From the NCBI GenBank assembly GCA_046583095.1, contig JAYGDB010000116.1, positions 373 through 64,372 of the forward strand: a DNA stretch of 64,000 nucleotides, written 5' to 3'. Numbering within the stretch: the first letter of the stretch is position 1; each line of letters starts with the position of its first letter. This stretch comes from Myxococcota bacterium (GTDB lineage: Bacteria; Myxococcota_A; UBA9160; UBA4427). Under the pieces are notes generated by a model, which did not search any database, was not told where the DNA came from, and worked only from the letters and a program-made list of their open reading frames with translations. Below, piece after piece: positions 9,301 through 17,273 of this stretch. The position numbers and the translations under genes are program-made.

Positions 9301-9425
9301 GCTACTTGATCGCCGCGTACGGCGTGACCGGCGTCGCCCTCGTCGCCTACTCGGTGTACCTCGTCCGCGAGCGGGTTCGGGCACGTGAGAGCCGCCCTCG
9401 AGCCAGGGAAACAAATAACGGTTGA
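9297..9425 (+). CDS. ccmD: Small single-TM protein, CcmD-like
   Basis: The GTG at 9297 overlaps the ccmC stop (GTGA). 42 aa, 'SYLIAAYGVTGVALVAYSVYLVRERVRAR': one TM helix plus a basic tail, in the canonical position after ccmC. Confidence 0.6.
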   Translation: MSYLIAAYGVTGVALVAYSVYLVRERVRARESRPRARETNNG

Positions 9426-9450
9426 CACCTCCCGAGGGGCGACGCAGTAT
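9422..9450 (+). promoter_or_regulatory. Putative sigma70-type promoter (TTGACA-N17-CAGTAT)
   Basis: A perfect -35 hexamer at 9422-9427 (it overlaps the ccmD stop), a 17-nt spacer, and a weak -10 CAGTAT at 9445-9450. No experimental support. Confidence 0.3.
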
Positions 9451-9847
9451 AGAAGTCGTTACCTGTGTAAGTGTCTAAGAGAGCGTAGGATTTCGACTCC
9501 GGGTTGCCGCGATTCCAGGCCTCGAAATGACTTTCGAAGACACTCAGAACGTCCCGCTACGACAGGATTTGCGCGGAAACCTCATCGGCCACCGATGAGG
9601 GTAGTTCGCTTCCCAATGTCCCCCAGGACCCCCTAGCCTGGGACAAACCGTTACAGCAATCGATCTCAAGAGCGAGCAGGGAGTAGGAAAAAGATCGAGA
9701 AACCGGGCGCCCCCCAGCCGGTCCGGCGCCGACTCGGATTCCATGGCACGTCACTTGCTTCTTGTCACGACCATGTCAGGTACAGACAAGAGTCAGTGGT
9801 TCAGGCAGGCGGGATCCGGGACCTCGAGAGAGGAGGCATCCCAAGGG
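9451..9847 (+). other. Unassigned structured non-coding block: a long 5' leader or an independent ncRNA upstream of the zinc-ribbon gene
   Basis: About 400 nt with no credible ORF. My hand count gives about 58% GC over 9421-9840. At least five local stem-loops are visible: 9471-9476/9538-9543 enclosing 9522-9527/9532-9537; a perfect 9-bp stem 9580-9588/9592-9600; 9617-9627/9637-9645; 9660-9666/9692-9698; and 9706-9711/9725-9730. Strand is not established. Confidence 0.35.
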
Positions 9848-10345
9848 ATGGCCAGCATGAAGCGCGGCGTCGGATACTGCGAGAACACGGACTGCGAGGA
9901 TTACGCCAAGGGTGTCTTCCTCCTCAACCACGGTGACACGTTCTATTGCCCCCGCTGCCGCCAGCTCGGCAAGGTCGAGAAGGAGCGCGGCTTCTACACG
10001 GGCAACTCGGACATCTTCAAGGAGGTCCGAGTCGAATATAACTTCGATCCCATCAATGCCGTCTATCGCGAGATCGCGATCGTCCGAGACGAGAGCCTCT
10101 GGGGTCGAAACAATGTCTACACATTGCAGTCACCTCTCATCAAGACCGAGAAGCGCGCGCTGAAGGTCGCCGAGGCGATTCTCGCCAACCTCAACCGCTA
10201 TCGCGGGCTGATCAACGGGGACGACATCCCGCGCACCACCGAGATCATCCTGTCGTTCGACGATCCCTTCGACGAGTTCTCACGCAAGTTGCAGCAGCTC
10301 TCGAAGGAGTGGGAAGCCAGCGGCCTGCGGGAGCAGCGCCGCTAA
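9848..10345 (+). CDS. Hypothetical zinc-ribbon protein (CX5C-X17-CX2C) with an uncharacterised ~120-aa C-terminal domain
   Basis: The ATG at 9848 is preceded by a strong SD, GAGAGGAGG, at 9828-9836. 'GYCENTDCEDYAKGVFLLNHGDTFYCPRCRQLG'. GC-rich third codon positions indicate native coding sequence. The track start at 9743 lacks an SD. Confidence 0.65.
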   Translation: MASMKRGVGYCENTDCEDYAKGVFLLNHGDTFYCPRCRQLGKVEKERGFYTGNSDIFKEVRVEYNFDPINAVYREIAIVRDESLWGRNNVYTLQSPLIKTEKRALKVAEAILANLNRYRGLINGDDIPRTTEIILSFDDPFDEFSRKLQQLSKEWEASGLREQRR

Positions 10346-10346
10346 C

Positions 10347-10883
10347 TCAATCGCTTTCGGAAGCGGAGCCCCGGGTTCGCTGCCTGGACGGGTTCCGAAC
10401 TTCGCAGGATGCGCCCTCGCTGTTCACCGCGGGGGCGCTCTTCGTAGGGCGATCTCCCCGCCAGCGCATTCTGAGATCGATCTTTGCGGCCGCCCAGATT
10501 GCGCCCGCTCCCTGCCGCTCTTCCCGCTCGACCGGGTCGGCGTCCGGCACGAAGGCGTCTCGTAGGGGCTCGAGGTACCAAGGAAACAACGTGTCGGGCA
10601 GCAGCAGCGGGTGGAACCAGGCGAGCGCGCGGCTCTCGCCGCTGGTTCGCAGCTCACCCGCAACGGGACGACAGGCGAACACTTGCGCGACGTGGGGACG
10701 AAATCCAGTCCTGCGGTAGGTACCCACGTGCCGGTCGACAGCAATCACCAGCCCGGTCTCCTCGCGCACCTCACGCTCGAGGGCCTCCTCGAGCGACTCC
10801 AGCCCCTCGACCTGCCCGCCGGGCAGCTCCCAACCCCGAATGTCATTGCGAACCGCCAGCAGTACCTGGTCTCCGTCCCGCAC
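10347..10883 (-). CDS. Nudix hydrolase. This is the minimal extent; the gene may extend to a CTG at 11027.
   Basis: Nudix box 'GGQVEGLESLEEALEREVREETGL'. The first canonical start is the GTG at 10883, but the in-frame upstream sequence still reads as protein ('SYLRIAWWGLVSPAIERGELVVVQAV'). Confidence 0.85.
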   Translation of the reverse strand: MRDGDQVLLAVRNDIRGWELPGGQVEGLESLEEALEREVREETGLVIAVDRHVGTYRRTGFRPHVAQVFACRPVAGELRTSGESRALAWFHPLLLPDTLFPWYLEPLRDAFVPDADPVEREERQGAGAIWAAAKIDLRMRWRGDRPTKSAPAVNSEGASCEVRNPSRQRTRGSASESD

Positions 10884-11023
10884 GACAGCCTGGACGACGA
10901 CCAGCTCGCCTCGCTCGATTGCCGGCGAGACGAGCCCCCACCACGCGATCCGCAGATAGCTTCCAACGCCGGCGACGCAGGAGCCGACCGCCGAAAGCAG
11001 CGGGAGTCGGGCGCGCAGCCGAC

Positions 11024-11914
11024 TCAGTGGACGATCTTGGTGAGGGAGGTCTCGATGATGCCGCGCGCACCAGCCTCAGCAAGCTGCACGATGATCTCGC
11101 GCACCAGCCTCTCCTCGACGACGGTCGTCACTTCGACCCAGCTGTCGTCGGCGAGGGGTGCCAAGGTCGGCGTGTTGAGTGCAGGCAGCAATTCGAGCAC
11201 CTTCGAGAGCCGAGCCCGAGGGACGTTCATCGAGAGATTCACCTGGCTCGCGGCTGCGATCGCCCCGAGCATGAGAAGCCGGAGCTGCTCCATCTTGGCG
11301 CGCTTCCAGGGATCCTCGGCAGCCTCATGGTTGGCGATGAAACGCGGTGTGCTCTCCATCACCACCTCGAGAACCTCGAGGTCGTTGCTTCGCAGGCTGG
11401 CACCGGAATCGGTGACATCGAGGATGGCATCGGCAAGCACGGGCGGCTTCACCTCAGTGGCACCCCAGGAGAACTCGATCAACGCGGCGACCCCTGCAGC
11501 CTCGAAGTGGCTCTCGGCCAGGCCCACCGCCTCGCTGGCGATGCGCTTGCCCTCGAGGTCCTGGATGCTCGTGAAACCCGAGCCCTGCTTCACCGCCAAT
11601 ACCCACTGGATCGGCGAATAGTTCGGCCAGGGTGCCTTCAGGTCGGCGAGTTCGACCACGTCGACCCGATTCTCCTGGATCCAATCATGGCCCGCGATTC
11701 CACAGTCCATCGCACCCTGGGCGACGTAGCGCGCCATCTCTTGGGGCCGGATCAGGACACACTCGATCTCCGGATCGTCGATGGTGGGGAAATAGGAACG
11801 GCTCGAAAAGCGAACATCGAAGCCGGCACGGGCGAGCATCGTCCGGGTCGTCTCCTGGAGCGTGCCCTTGGGCAGCCCCAGCCGCAGACACGGCGAGGTC
11901 TTCTCTTGACTCAC
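11024..11914 (-). CDS. hisG: ATP phosphoribosyltransferase, long form
   Basis: The GTG at 11914 overlaps the hisI stop (GTGA). '[11 protein letters not shown]', '[10 protein letters not shown]', and a C-terminal regulatory domain. About 296 aa. Confidence 0.9.
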   Translation of the reverse strand: MSQEKTSPCLRLGLPKGTLQETTRTMLARAGFDVRFSSRSYFPTIDDPEIECVLIRPQEMARYVAQGAMDCGIAGHDWIQENRVDVVELADLKAPWPNYSPIQWVLAVKQGSGFTSIQDLEGKRIASEAVGLAESHFEAAGVAALIEFSWGATEVKPPVLADAILDVTDSGASLRSNDLEVLEVVMESTPRFIANHEAAEDPWKRAKMEQLRLLMLGAIAAASQVNLSMNVPRARLSKVLELLPALNTPTLAPLADDSWVEVTTVVEERLVREIIVQLAEAGARGIIETSLTKIVH

Positions 11915-12303
11915 TTCTTGTAGACCTCCTGGGGGTCGAAGATGGGTTCGCTTACCACCTCGTACCCGCCATGCTCCTCGACCTTTCGGAAGAAGCAGCT
12001 GATCCGACCCGTGTGACAAGCGGCCCCGCCCTTCTGCTCGACCTTGAGGAGGACGACATCGCCATCGCAGTCGATGTACATCGACTTCACCTGCTGGGTG
12101 TTCCCGCTCTCTTCTCCCTTGTGCCAGAGCCGGTTGCGCGACCGGCTCCAGTAATGCACCTCACCCGACTCCAGCGTGCGATCGAAGGCATCCTCGTTCA
12201 TGAATGCCACCATCAGGACCTCTCCCGTGGTGTCATCCTGAGCGATCGCGGTCACGAGACCGCCGCCCTTGGCGAAATCGAGTTCGGTCTTCGGATCCGG
12301 CAT
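11911..12303 (-). CDS. hisI: Phosphoribosyl-AMP cyclohydrolase
   Basis: '[21 protein letters not shown]', '[11 protein letters not shown]', '[20 protein letters not shown]'. Start taken at the internal ATG 12303 ([10 protein letters not shown]). Confidence 0.9.
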   Translation of the reverse strand: MPDPKTELDFAKGGGLVTAIAQDDTTGEVLMVAFMNEDAFDRTLESGEVHYWSRSRNRLWHKGEESGNTQQVKSMYIDCDGDVVLLKVEQKGGAACHTGRISCFFRKVEEHGGYEVVSEPIFDPQEVYKK

Positions 12304-12316
12304 CGGGCGCCGGAAT

Positions 12317-15004
12317 CTAACGCGACCCCAGGGCCTCCGCCAAACGCTCGCGGAAGTCCACCAGAGCGTGCCACTCCTCCCCCCGGGCATAGCGGGCCTC
12401 GGAAGAGCGGCGGCTCCCGCTGTGGTTCTCCACGAGGATTCGACGTTCTACCAGCAGGTCGAGGACATTCGAGAAGGTCGCGTCGTTAGCGGCCTCGGGC
12501 CGCGCGGCTTCCCCGAGGAGTTCCGACCGCTCGAAGTACTCGGCGGCCTGCTTCCGGAGTCCCCGCTTGTCGATGTCGACGTTTTCGTCCGCGTCGGAAT
12601 CGAGCACCGCCAACGCCGAGCAACACGCCATGTAGGCCTCGATCACGCCCCGCGACTGCTCGGCAAGGCAGGCGAGGATCGCCTCTCCAGACGGGGTCGC
12701 CCGCCAGACATCCTCCTCGCAACAGGCCCAACCCGAGGTCTCGAAGTGCCGTAGGCAGCGCTCCTGGCTGGCTGCCAGGACGTCCCCACCCGGCACGAAG
12801 AACTCGCGGTAGAGGATCTCGTGCCACGCCTCGAAGTCGTCATCCAACTCCTTCTGGGTCGAGCCGCGCAGCAGGCTGAGGGCCAGCAGACTCGGAGTCG
12901 CCAAGAAGTGAGTGATCGAGTTCCGGTAGATGTCGAGGGCTCGCCGGCGCGACTCGGCGTAGTAGAGGATCTCGCCCCGGGGATCCTGGACCAACTGCAA
13001 CAGATCGGCCCGCAGCAGAAAGGCAATCGAGTCCTCGAACGAGCCCTCGTCGGCCGCCAGCGCCGGGGTGAGACGAACTCCCTGCAGGCGCAGCAACTCC
13101 ACGATCTGCTGCATTCGCTCCACCAGCTCTGTACGCACGAGGCCCCGGTGCGGAACACCCATCAACACCGTTGCGGCCACCGACGTCGCGTTGGCGGCCA
13201 TCGCGCCGTTGATCTTCTCGACGATCCGGCGTCCGAGCCGCTCGATGAACGCGCGCTTCTCGATCCGCAGACGCTCGGCTTCGCCCGCCTCGCAGCGCTC
13301 GATGTAGGCCGAGCTGAAGCGCTCCCGGTTCTCGCCCAGCTCGGCGGCCAGCGAGATCGGACGGTCATAGCGAACGTGCACGGTGCCCAAGCGGCTCCGG
13401 AGATACTTCAGCGCGCGAACCAGGGCGAGCGTGCTTTCCTTCTCCTTCTGAGCGCCCTCGAGCTCGTCCACCATCGAGCTCTCCTCGACCAGGCGCTCGT
13501 ACCCGAAGGCAACCGGGACGAAGAAGAAGTCCCGCCGGCTGCTCTCGATGAAGGATTCCACCTGCCAGGTGAGCATTCCGAAGCGCGGCGGCAGCGACTT
13601 GCCTGTGCGCGATCGCCCGCCCTCGATGAAGAACAGCTGGGTGAGCCCCTCGCGAACGAGGTGACCGAGATAAGAACGGAACACCTCGCGGTAGAGCGGA
13701 TCCTCGAACGACTGGCGCATGAAGAAGGCGCCACAGCGCCGGAACAGGTAGCCGAACGGCCCGAAGCGCATGTTGTCCCGTGCGCCGATATGGGGGGGAA
13801 GCATGAAGTTGCGGTACAGCAGATCGGATGCGAGCAGGAAATCGAAATAGGAGCGGTGGTTCGGAACCAACACGATCGGATGCTGCTTGGCGGTGTCCGC
13901 CATCTCTTCGAGACCCTCCACCTCGATCGAGGAGAAGAGCCGCCGGAAGAGGATGCGGCAGAGCAGATCGGCGGCAGCCAGCAGGGTCGAGTTCATCCGG
14001 GCCGCGATCTCGCGGAACATCTTCTCCGCCTCGCTCTGGGCCCGCGCGGGCGAACTCTTGGGGCTGCGAGCGCGCACGGCGATCGCCGCCTGCACGCCCG
14101 GGTCGGTGAGCACGTCGTCTCGCACTCGAGTCTGGGAGCGAAGCGTCGGCCCCTCGACGACCTTCTCTTCGCGATACAGGTAGATGAGGATTGCCCGGCG
14201 GATCTTGCGTGCGATCCGGGCTGCACCCTCCTCCCGGCGTTCGGCGATGAAACCCGACAGGTCGATGGGCTCACCGGTCTTGATCGCCAGGCTGCGATAG
14301 GTGGCGAGAAAGCGCATCACCTTGGCGAGGTCCGAAGGCCGGGTCAGTGCGCCGTAGTCGAGGTTCAGGAAGCGGCTCGGGCTGCGGGGACCCTTGCGCC
14401 AGAAGAGCGCGAGGGGAACGATGACGGTCGGCGTCTCCACATCCCAGACGGCGCGGACTGCAACCTCGAGCAGGTCCAGCTCGTCTTGGCGGCGGTTGCG
14501 ACGGCCGCGCAGCCAGGTCCGAAAGCGCGCGGTGCGAAGGAAGAGGAAGAAGGACTGGCCGCTCGGCGCCAGAGCCCGAACGTGTTCGCGGGCGTCGTTT
14601 CGGTCGAGCGCCTTGGGCTGCACCCGCTTGCGCCGCAGCGCGATCCGTAACCAGTCGAAGACGGGACGGTAGTAGTGGAAGTGAATCCCGTTCGCGAAGG
14701 CCGAGAGCCGCAGCCCGGCTCGCTGCAGGACAGAATTGAAGAGGAAGTAGTCGAGCCGGCTCGAGTAGCGCATCACGAAGATGACGCTGCCGGCTTGCTC
14801 GAACTCGCGAAGCCGGTCGACGGTCTCGGAATCCAGGCCGAAGTGGCTGAAGTAGCGCCGCTCGAGGCCCCGCAACAGCAGGTTGAAGCGCGGCGTCATC
14901 GCGGAGAGGGGATCCGCACCGTCAGGCAGGCCGAGGCGAGCGAGGTCGGGACCGGCTCCGACTCTCTCGCGCTCGCGTGAAGCTTCCATCGGGGGCTGGG
15001 ACAT
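12317..15004 (-). CDS. plsB: Glycerol-3-phosphate 1-O-acyltransferase (PlsB-type)
   Basis: 895 aa. HX4D block '[10 protein letters not shown]', 'FMRQSF' and '[11 protein letters not shown]'. The architecture resembles E. coli PlsB. Confidence 0.85.
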   Translation of the reverse strand: MSQPPMEASRERERVGAGPDLARLGLPDGADPLSAMTPRFNLLLRGLERRYFSHFGLDSETVDRLREFEQAGSVIFVMRYSSRLDYFLFNSVLQRAGLRLSAFANGIHFHYYRPVFDWLRIALRRKRVQPKALDRNDAREHVRALAPSGQSFFLFLRTARFRTWLRGRRNRRQDELDLLEVAVRAVWDVETPTVIVPLALFWRKGPRSPSRFLNLDYGALTRPSDLAKVMRFLATYRSLAIKTGEPIDLSGFIAERREEGAARIARKIRRAILIYLYREEKVVEGPTLRSQTRVRDDVLTDPGVQAAIAVRARSPKSSPARAQSEAEKMFREIAARMNSTLLAAADLLCRILFRRLFSSIEVEGLEEMADTAKQHPIVLVPNHRSYFDFLLASDLLYRNFMLPPHIGARDNMRFGPFGYLFRRCGAFFMRQSFEDPLYREVFRSYLGHLVREGLTQLFFIEGGRSRTGKSLPPRFGMLTWQVESFIESSRRDFFFVPVAFGYERLVEESSMVDELEGAQKEKESTLALVRALKYLRSRLGTVHVRYDRPISLAAELGENRERFSSAYIERCEAGEAERLRIEKRAFIERLGRRIVEKINGAMAANATSVAATVLMGVPHRGLVRTELVERMQQIVELLRLQGVRLTPALAADEGSFEDSIAFLLRADLLQLVQDPRGEILYYAESRRRALDIYRNSITHFLATPSLLALSLLRGSTQKELDDDFEAWHEILYREFFVPGGDVLAASQERCLRHFETSGWACCEEDVWRATPSGEAILACLAEQSRGVIEAYMACCSALAVLDSDADENVDIDKRGLRKQAAEYFERSELLGEAARPEAANDATFSNVLDLLVERRILVENHSGSRRSSEARYARGEEWHALVDFRERLAEALGSR

Positions 15005-15119
15005 CAGCGGTCAGGGTACCGGCGCGCGATGCCACGGGGCAACGCGTACCGCCGCCTGCACCCGGCTCGCGCAGGAGGCGACTTCGCGGCGTTCTCCCGG
15101 GAGCCGGTATCGACTCTCG

Positions 15120-15983
15120 CTACTCCGGGAGCAGGATCTGGCCGGCCTGCATGCCTTCGGCAATCTCCTGCGGCGTCCACAGCGCGCTGGGATCGGCCTT
15201 CGTGACGCCTGTGGTCGTCACCATCTTCATCTCGGCGATACGACCCCCACCGCAGAAGAACGTCTTGCCGGTGATGTCCTTCGCCAGGTCGCTTGCGAGA
15301 TAGGTGACCAGGGGCGACACCGCAGCCGGATCCATACGGGCCTTCATGTCCTCGTTGTCGAAGCCACCCAGGTCCTCGGTGAGCCGCGTCAGTGCGACAG
15401 GAGCGAGGATGCAGACACGGATGTTGTACTTCTTGCCCTCGATCGCCAGGCAGCGGCTGAAGCCCGCGATGCCGGCCTTGGCGGCGCCGTAGTTGCATTG
15501 CCCGAAGTTGCCGTTCAGACCCGAGGTCGAGGACGTGTTGATGATCGAGCCGCCCGCGCCGCGCTCCTTCATGTGGTTGTAGATCGCGTGGGTCACGCAG
15601 TAGGTGCCTCGGAGGTGGACGGCGAGGACAGGATCCCAGAAGTCTTCCGTGGTGTTCGCAAAGGACTTGTCGCGCAGGATGCCGGCGTTGTTGACCAGGC
15701 AATCCACCTGGTCGAAGGCCTCGAGGGCCGTCTTCAGAATGCCCTGCCCCCCGGCGATGGTGGAGACGTCGTCGTAGTTCGCGACCGCTTCGCCGCCAGC
15801 CTGCTTGACCAGGTCGACGGTCTCGTCGGCCATCGAGGAGCCACCGCCGGTACCGTCGCGTGCGCCCCCGAGATCGTTGGCGACAATGGCAGCGCCTTCC
15901 TTGGCCATGGCGAGCGAGTGCTGGCGGCCGAGACCGCCTCCGGCTCCGGTGATGACGACGACTTTGCCTTCCAACAGGCCCAT
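15120..15983 (-). CDS. Short-chain dehydrogenase/reductase, similar to the hydroxyacyl-CoA dehydrogenase domain of MFE-2
   Basis: 'VVVITGAGGGLG', 'NNAG', and the catalytic 'YGAAK'. Confidence 0.85.
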   Translation of the reverse strand: MGLLEGKVVVITGAGGGLGRQHSLAMAKEGAAIVANDLGGARDGTGGGSSMADETVDLVKQAGGEAVANYDDVSTIAGGQGILKTALEAFDQVDCLVNNAGILRDKSFANTTEDFWDPVLAVHLRGTYCVTHAIYNHMKERGAGGSIINTSSTSGLNGNFGQCNYGAAKAGIAGFSRCLAIEGKKYNIRVCILAPVALTRLTEDLGGFDNEDMKARMDPAAVSPLVTYLASDLAKDITGKTFFCGGGRIAEMKMVTTTGVTKADPSALWTPQEIAEGMQAGQILLPE

Positions 15984-16056
15984 GGGGGTACTCCTGTATT
16001 CGTGGTGGGGATTCGGTCAATCCTGGAAAAGGGAAACGATCCTAGCCAACACCAGG

Positions 16057-16905
16057 CTACTGGAACAGGACCGTTCGGAGCTGCGCGAACGGTTCGAATC
16101 CGAGACGTTCGTAGAGGCGTTCTGCCTCGCCATTGCCGTTCACCACCGCGAGCTGAACGTGGTCGGCCCCGGTCGCAAACGCCTCCTGGCAGAGCGCCGA
16201 CATGCCCGCAGCAGCGAGTCCGCGCCGCCGGGCACGGGGAAACGTGTAGACGCCTTGGACGAGCCAGCCCTCGGGCCTGCGGACATCCGCATAGCCCACG
16301 AAGAGCACCTGCCCATCCACCTCGACGACCCGAGCCCGAGGCAGTCGGCCGTCCACCCAGCGTCGAAAGCTCGGCAAGTCGCTGTCGAAGGAGTCCGGGC
16401 GGCCTTCCTCGCGAAGACTCGCTCGCGCCGCGTCCACCAGCTCTTCGAGATCGCCTCCCTCGGCGGCCCGCAGTTTTGCCCCGGGCGGAGGGTCCAGTTT
16501 GACGATCCGATCGGCGGTGAGGACATAGGCCGTCTCGCGGCGATCGAGCAGGCAGTTGCGGCCGCGTGCCGCCAGGCGTTCCCACAAACTCGTCACCTCG
16601 TCCCACCCGCTCTTCATCAAGCCGCTCGGCACGACTTCGAGAAACGGCATCCAGGCGTCGACCATCGCTTCGTCGATCCCGGAGTCGACGACCAAGCTGG
16701 GACGCAGGGACAGAACACCGACGATGCGTCCGCCCTCGAAGGCACCGAGCACCTGGGGCTCGAGCTCGCCCGGTGCCGTTGGGCGTCCCAGTCGCGACGC
16801 GAGATCCAGCAGGTGCAGGTTGTGGAGCGGATCCCGCGCGAGGAAAGCCAGCACGGCCTCGCGATCGCGAGCGGGGAGCAGCCGTGCCTTGAGACGATTC
16901 CGCAA
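16057..16905 (-). CDS. GNAT-family N-acetyltransferase (start uncertain)
   Basis: C-terminal GNAT core 'VQGVYTFPRARRRGLAAAGMSALC...ERLYERLGF'. The track start at 16998 would overlap the upstream biotinyl-protein gene by 80 nt. The TTG at 16905 is the first start after that gene's stop. Confidence 0.7.
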   Translation of the reverse strand: MRNRLKARLLPARDREAVLAFLARDPLHNLHLLDLASRLGRPTAPGELEPQVLGAFEGGRIVGVLSLRPSLVVDSGIDEAMVDAWMPFLEVVPSGLMKSGWDEVTSLWERLAARGRNCLLDRRETAYVLTADRIVKLDPPPGAKLRAAEGGDLEELVDAARASLREEGRPDSFDSDLPSFRRWVDGRLPRARVVEVDGQVLFVGYADVRRPEGWLVQGVYTFPRARRRGLAAAGMSALCQEAFATGADHVQLAVVNGNGEAERLYERLGFEPFAQLRTVLFQ

Positions 16906-16918
16906 GCGCCGCTCCGAA

Positions 16919-17134
16919 TCAGTCGAGGACGACGAGGACGTCTCCCTCCGCAATACTTTCGCCCTCCGCAGTGCGGATCTCGCTGACGGTGCCGCCACAC
17001 GGAGCCTCGAGGGGGATCTCCATCTTCATCGATTCGATGATGAGGATGACATCCTCTTCTTGGACGGTGTCGCCGACAGCCTTCTCGATCTTCCACACGC
17101 TTCCGGCGATCTGAGCTTCGATCTCGACTGCCAC
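16919..17134 (-). CDS. Free-standing biotinyl/lipoyl-domain protein (BCCP-like, 71 aa)
   Basis: Biotinylation motif 'IIESMKMEIP' within a ~70-aa hammerhead-type domain. No carboxylase partner lies in the window. Confidence 0.85.
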   Translation of the reverse strand: MAVEIEAQIAGSVWKIEKAVGDTVQEEDVILIIESMKMEIPLEAPCGGTVSEIRTAEGESIAEGDVLVVLD

Positions 17135-17208
17135 CCAGCCTCCTTCGAGCTACGACCGCCTGATGATGCTCGATCCCCCGCCGGGCTGCGACCCGAATTC
17201 GCGTGCGG

Positions 17209-17234
17209 CTAGCCCGGACTCCTCACCGGGCTAG
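17209..17234. repeat. Perfect 9-bp inverted repeat (CTAGCCCGG-N8-CCGGGCTAG) in the divergent region upstream of ffh
   Basis: Read directly: 17209-17217 pairs with 17226-17234. Possible operator or RNA hairpin. Confidence 0.6.
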
Positions 17235-17273
17235 ACTCGGGCATCCCTCCCCCCGGATTGCCGGAGTTCCACG

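Noticed and set aside
9541-9600. tmRNA-like strings in the non-coding block. 'CGACAGGATTTGCGCGGAAACC' resembles the 'CGACGGGATTTGCGAAACC' near the 5' end of tmRNA, and there is a 'GGATTTCGACTCC' at 9488-9500.
   Set aside because: There is no GGGG...CCACCA acceptor pairing, no T-arm (GGTTCGAnTCC) and no Ala-ending tag reading frame on either strand. The resemblance covers only about 20 nt.
17230-17242. The exact 13-mer GCTAGACTCGGGC occurs twice (17230-17242 upstream of ffh, and 33613-33625 just upstream of the hydrolase ATG). The 10-mer CTAGACCTGG also occurs twice (21047-21056 and 32891-32900).
   Set aside because: A rough estimate (about 2e9 position pairs against 4^13, about 7e7) means exact 13-mer repeats are expected by chance in 64 kb. 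One CTAG copy is simply a TAG stop codon. The TAGACT could be a -10-like hexamer, but two copies are not evidence of a motif.
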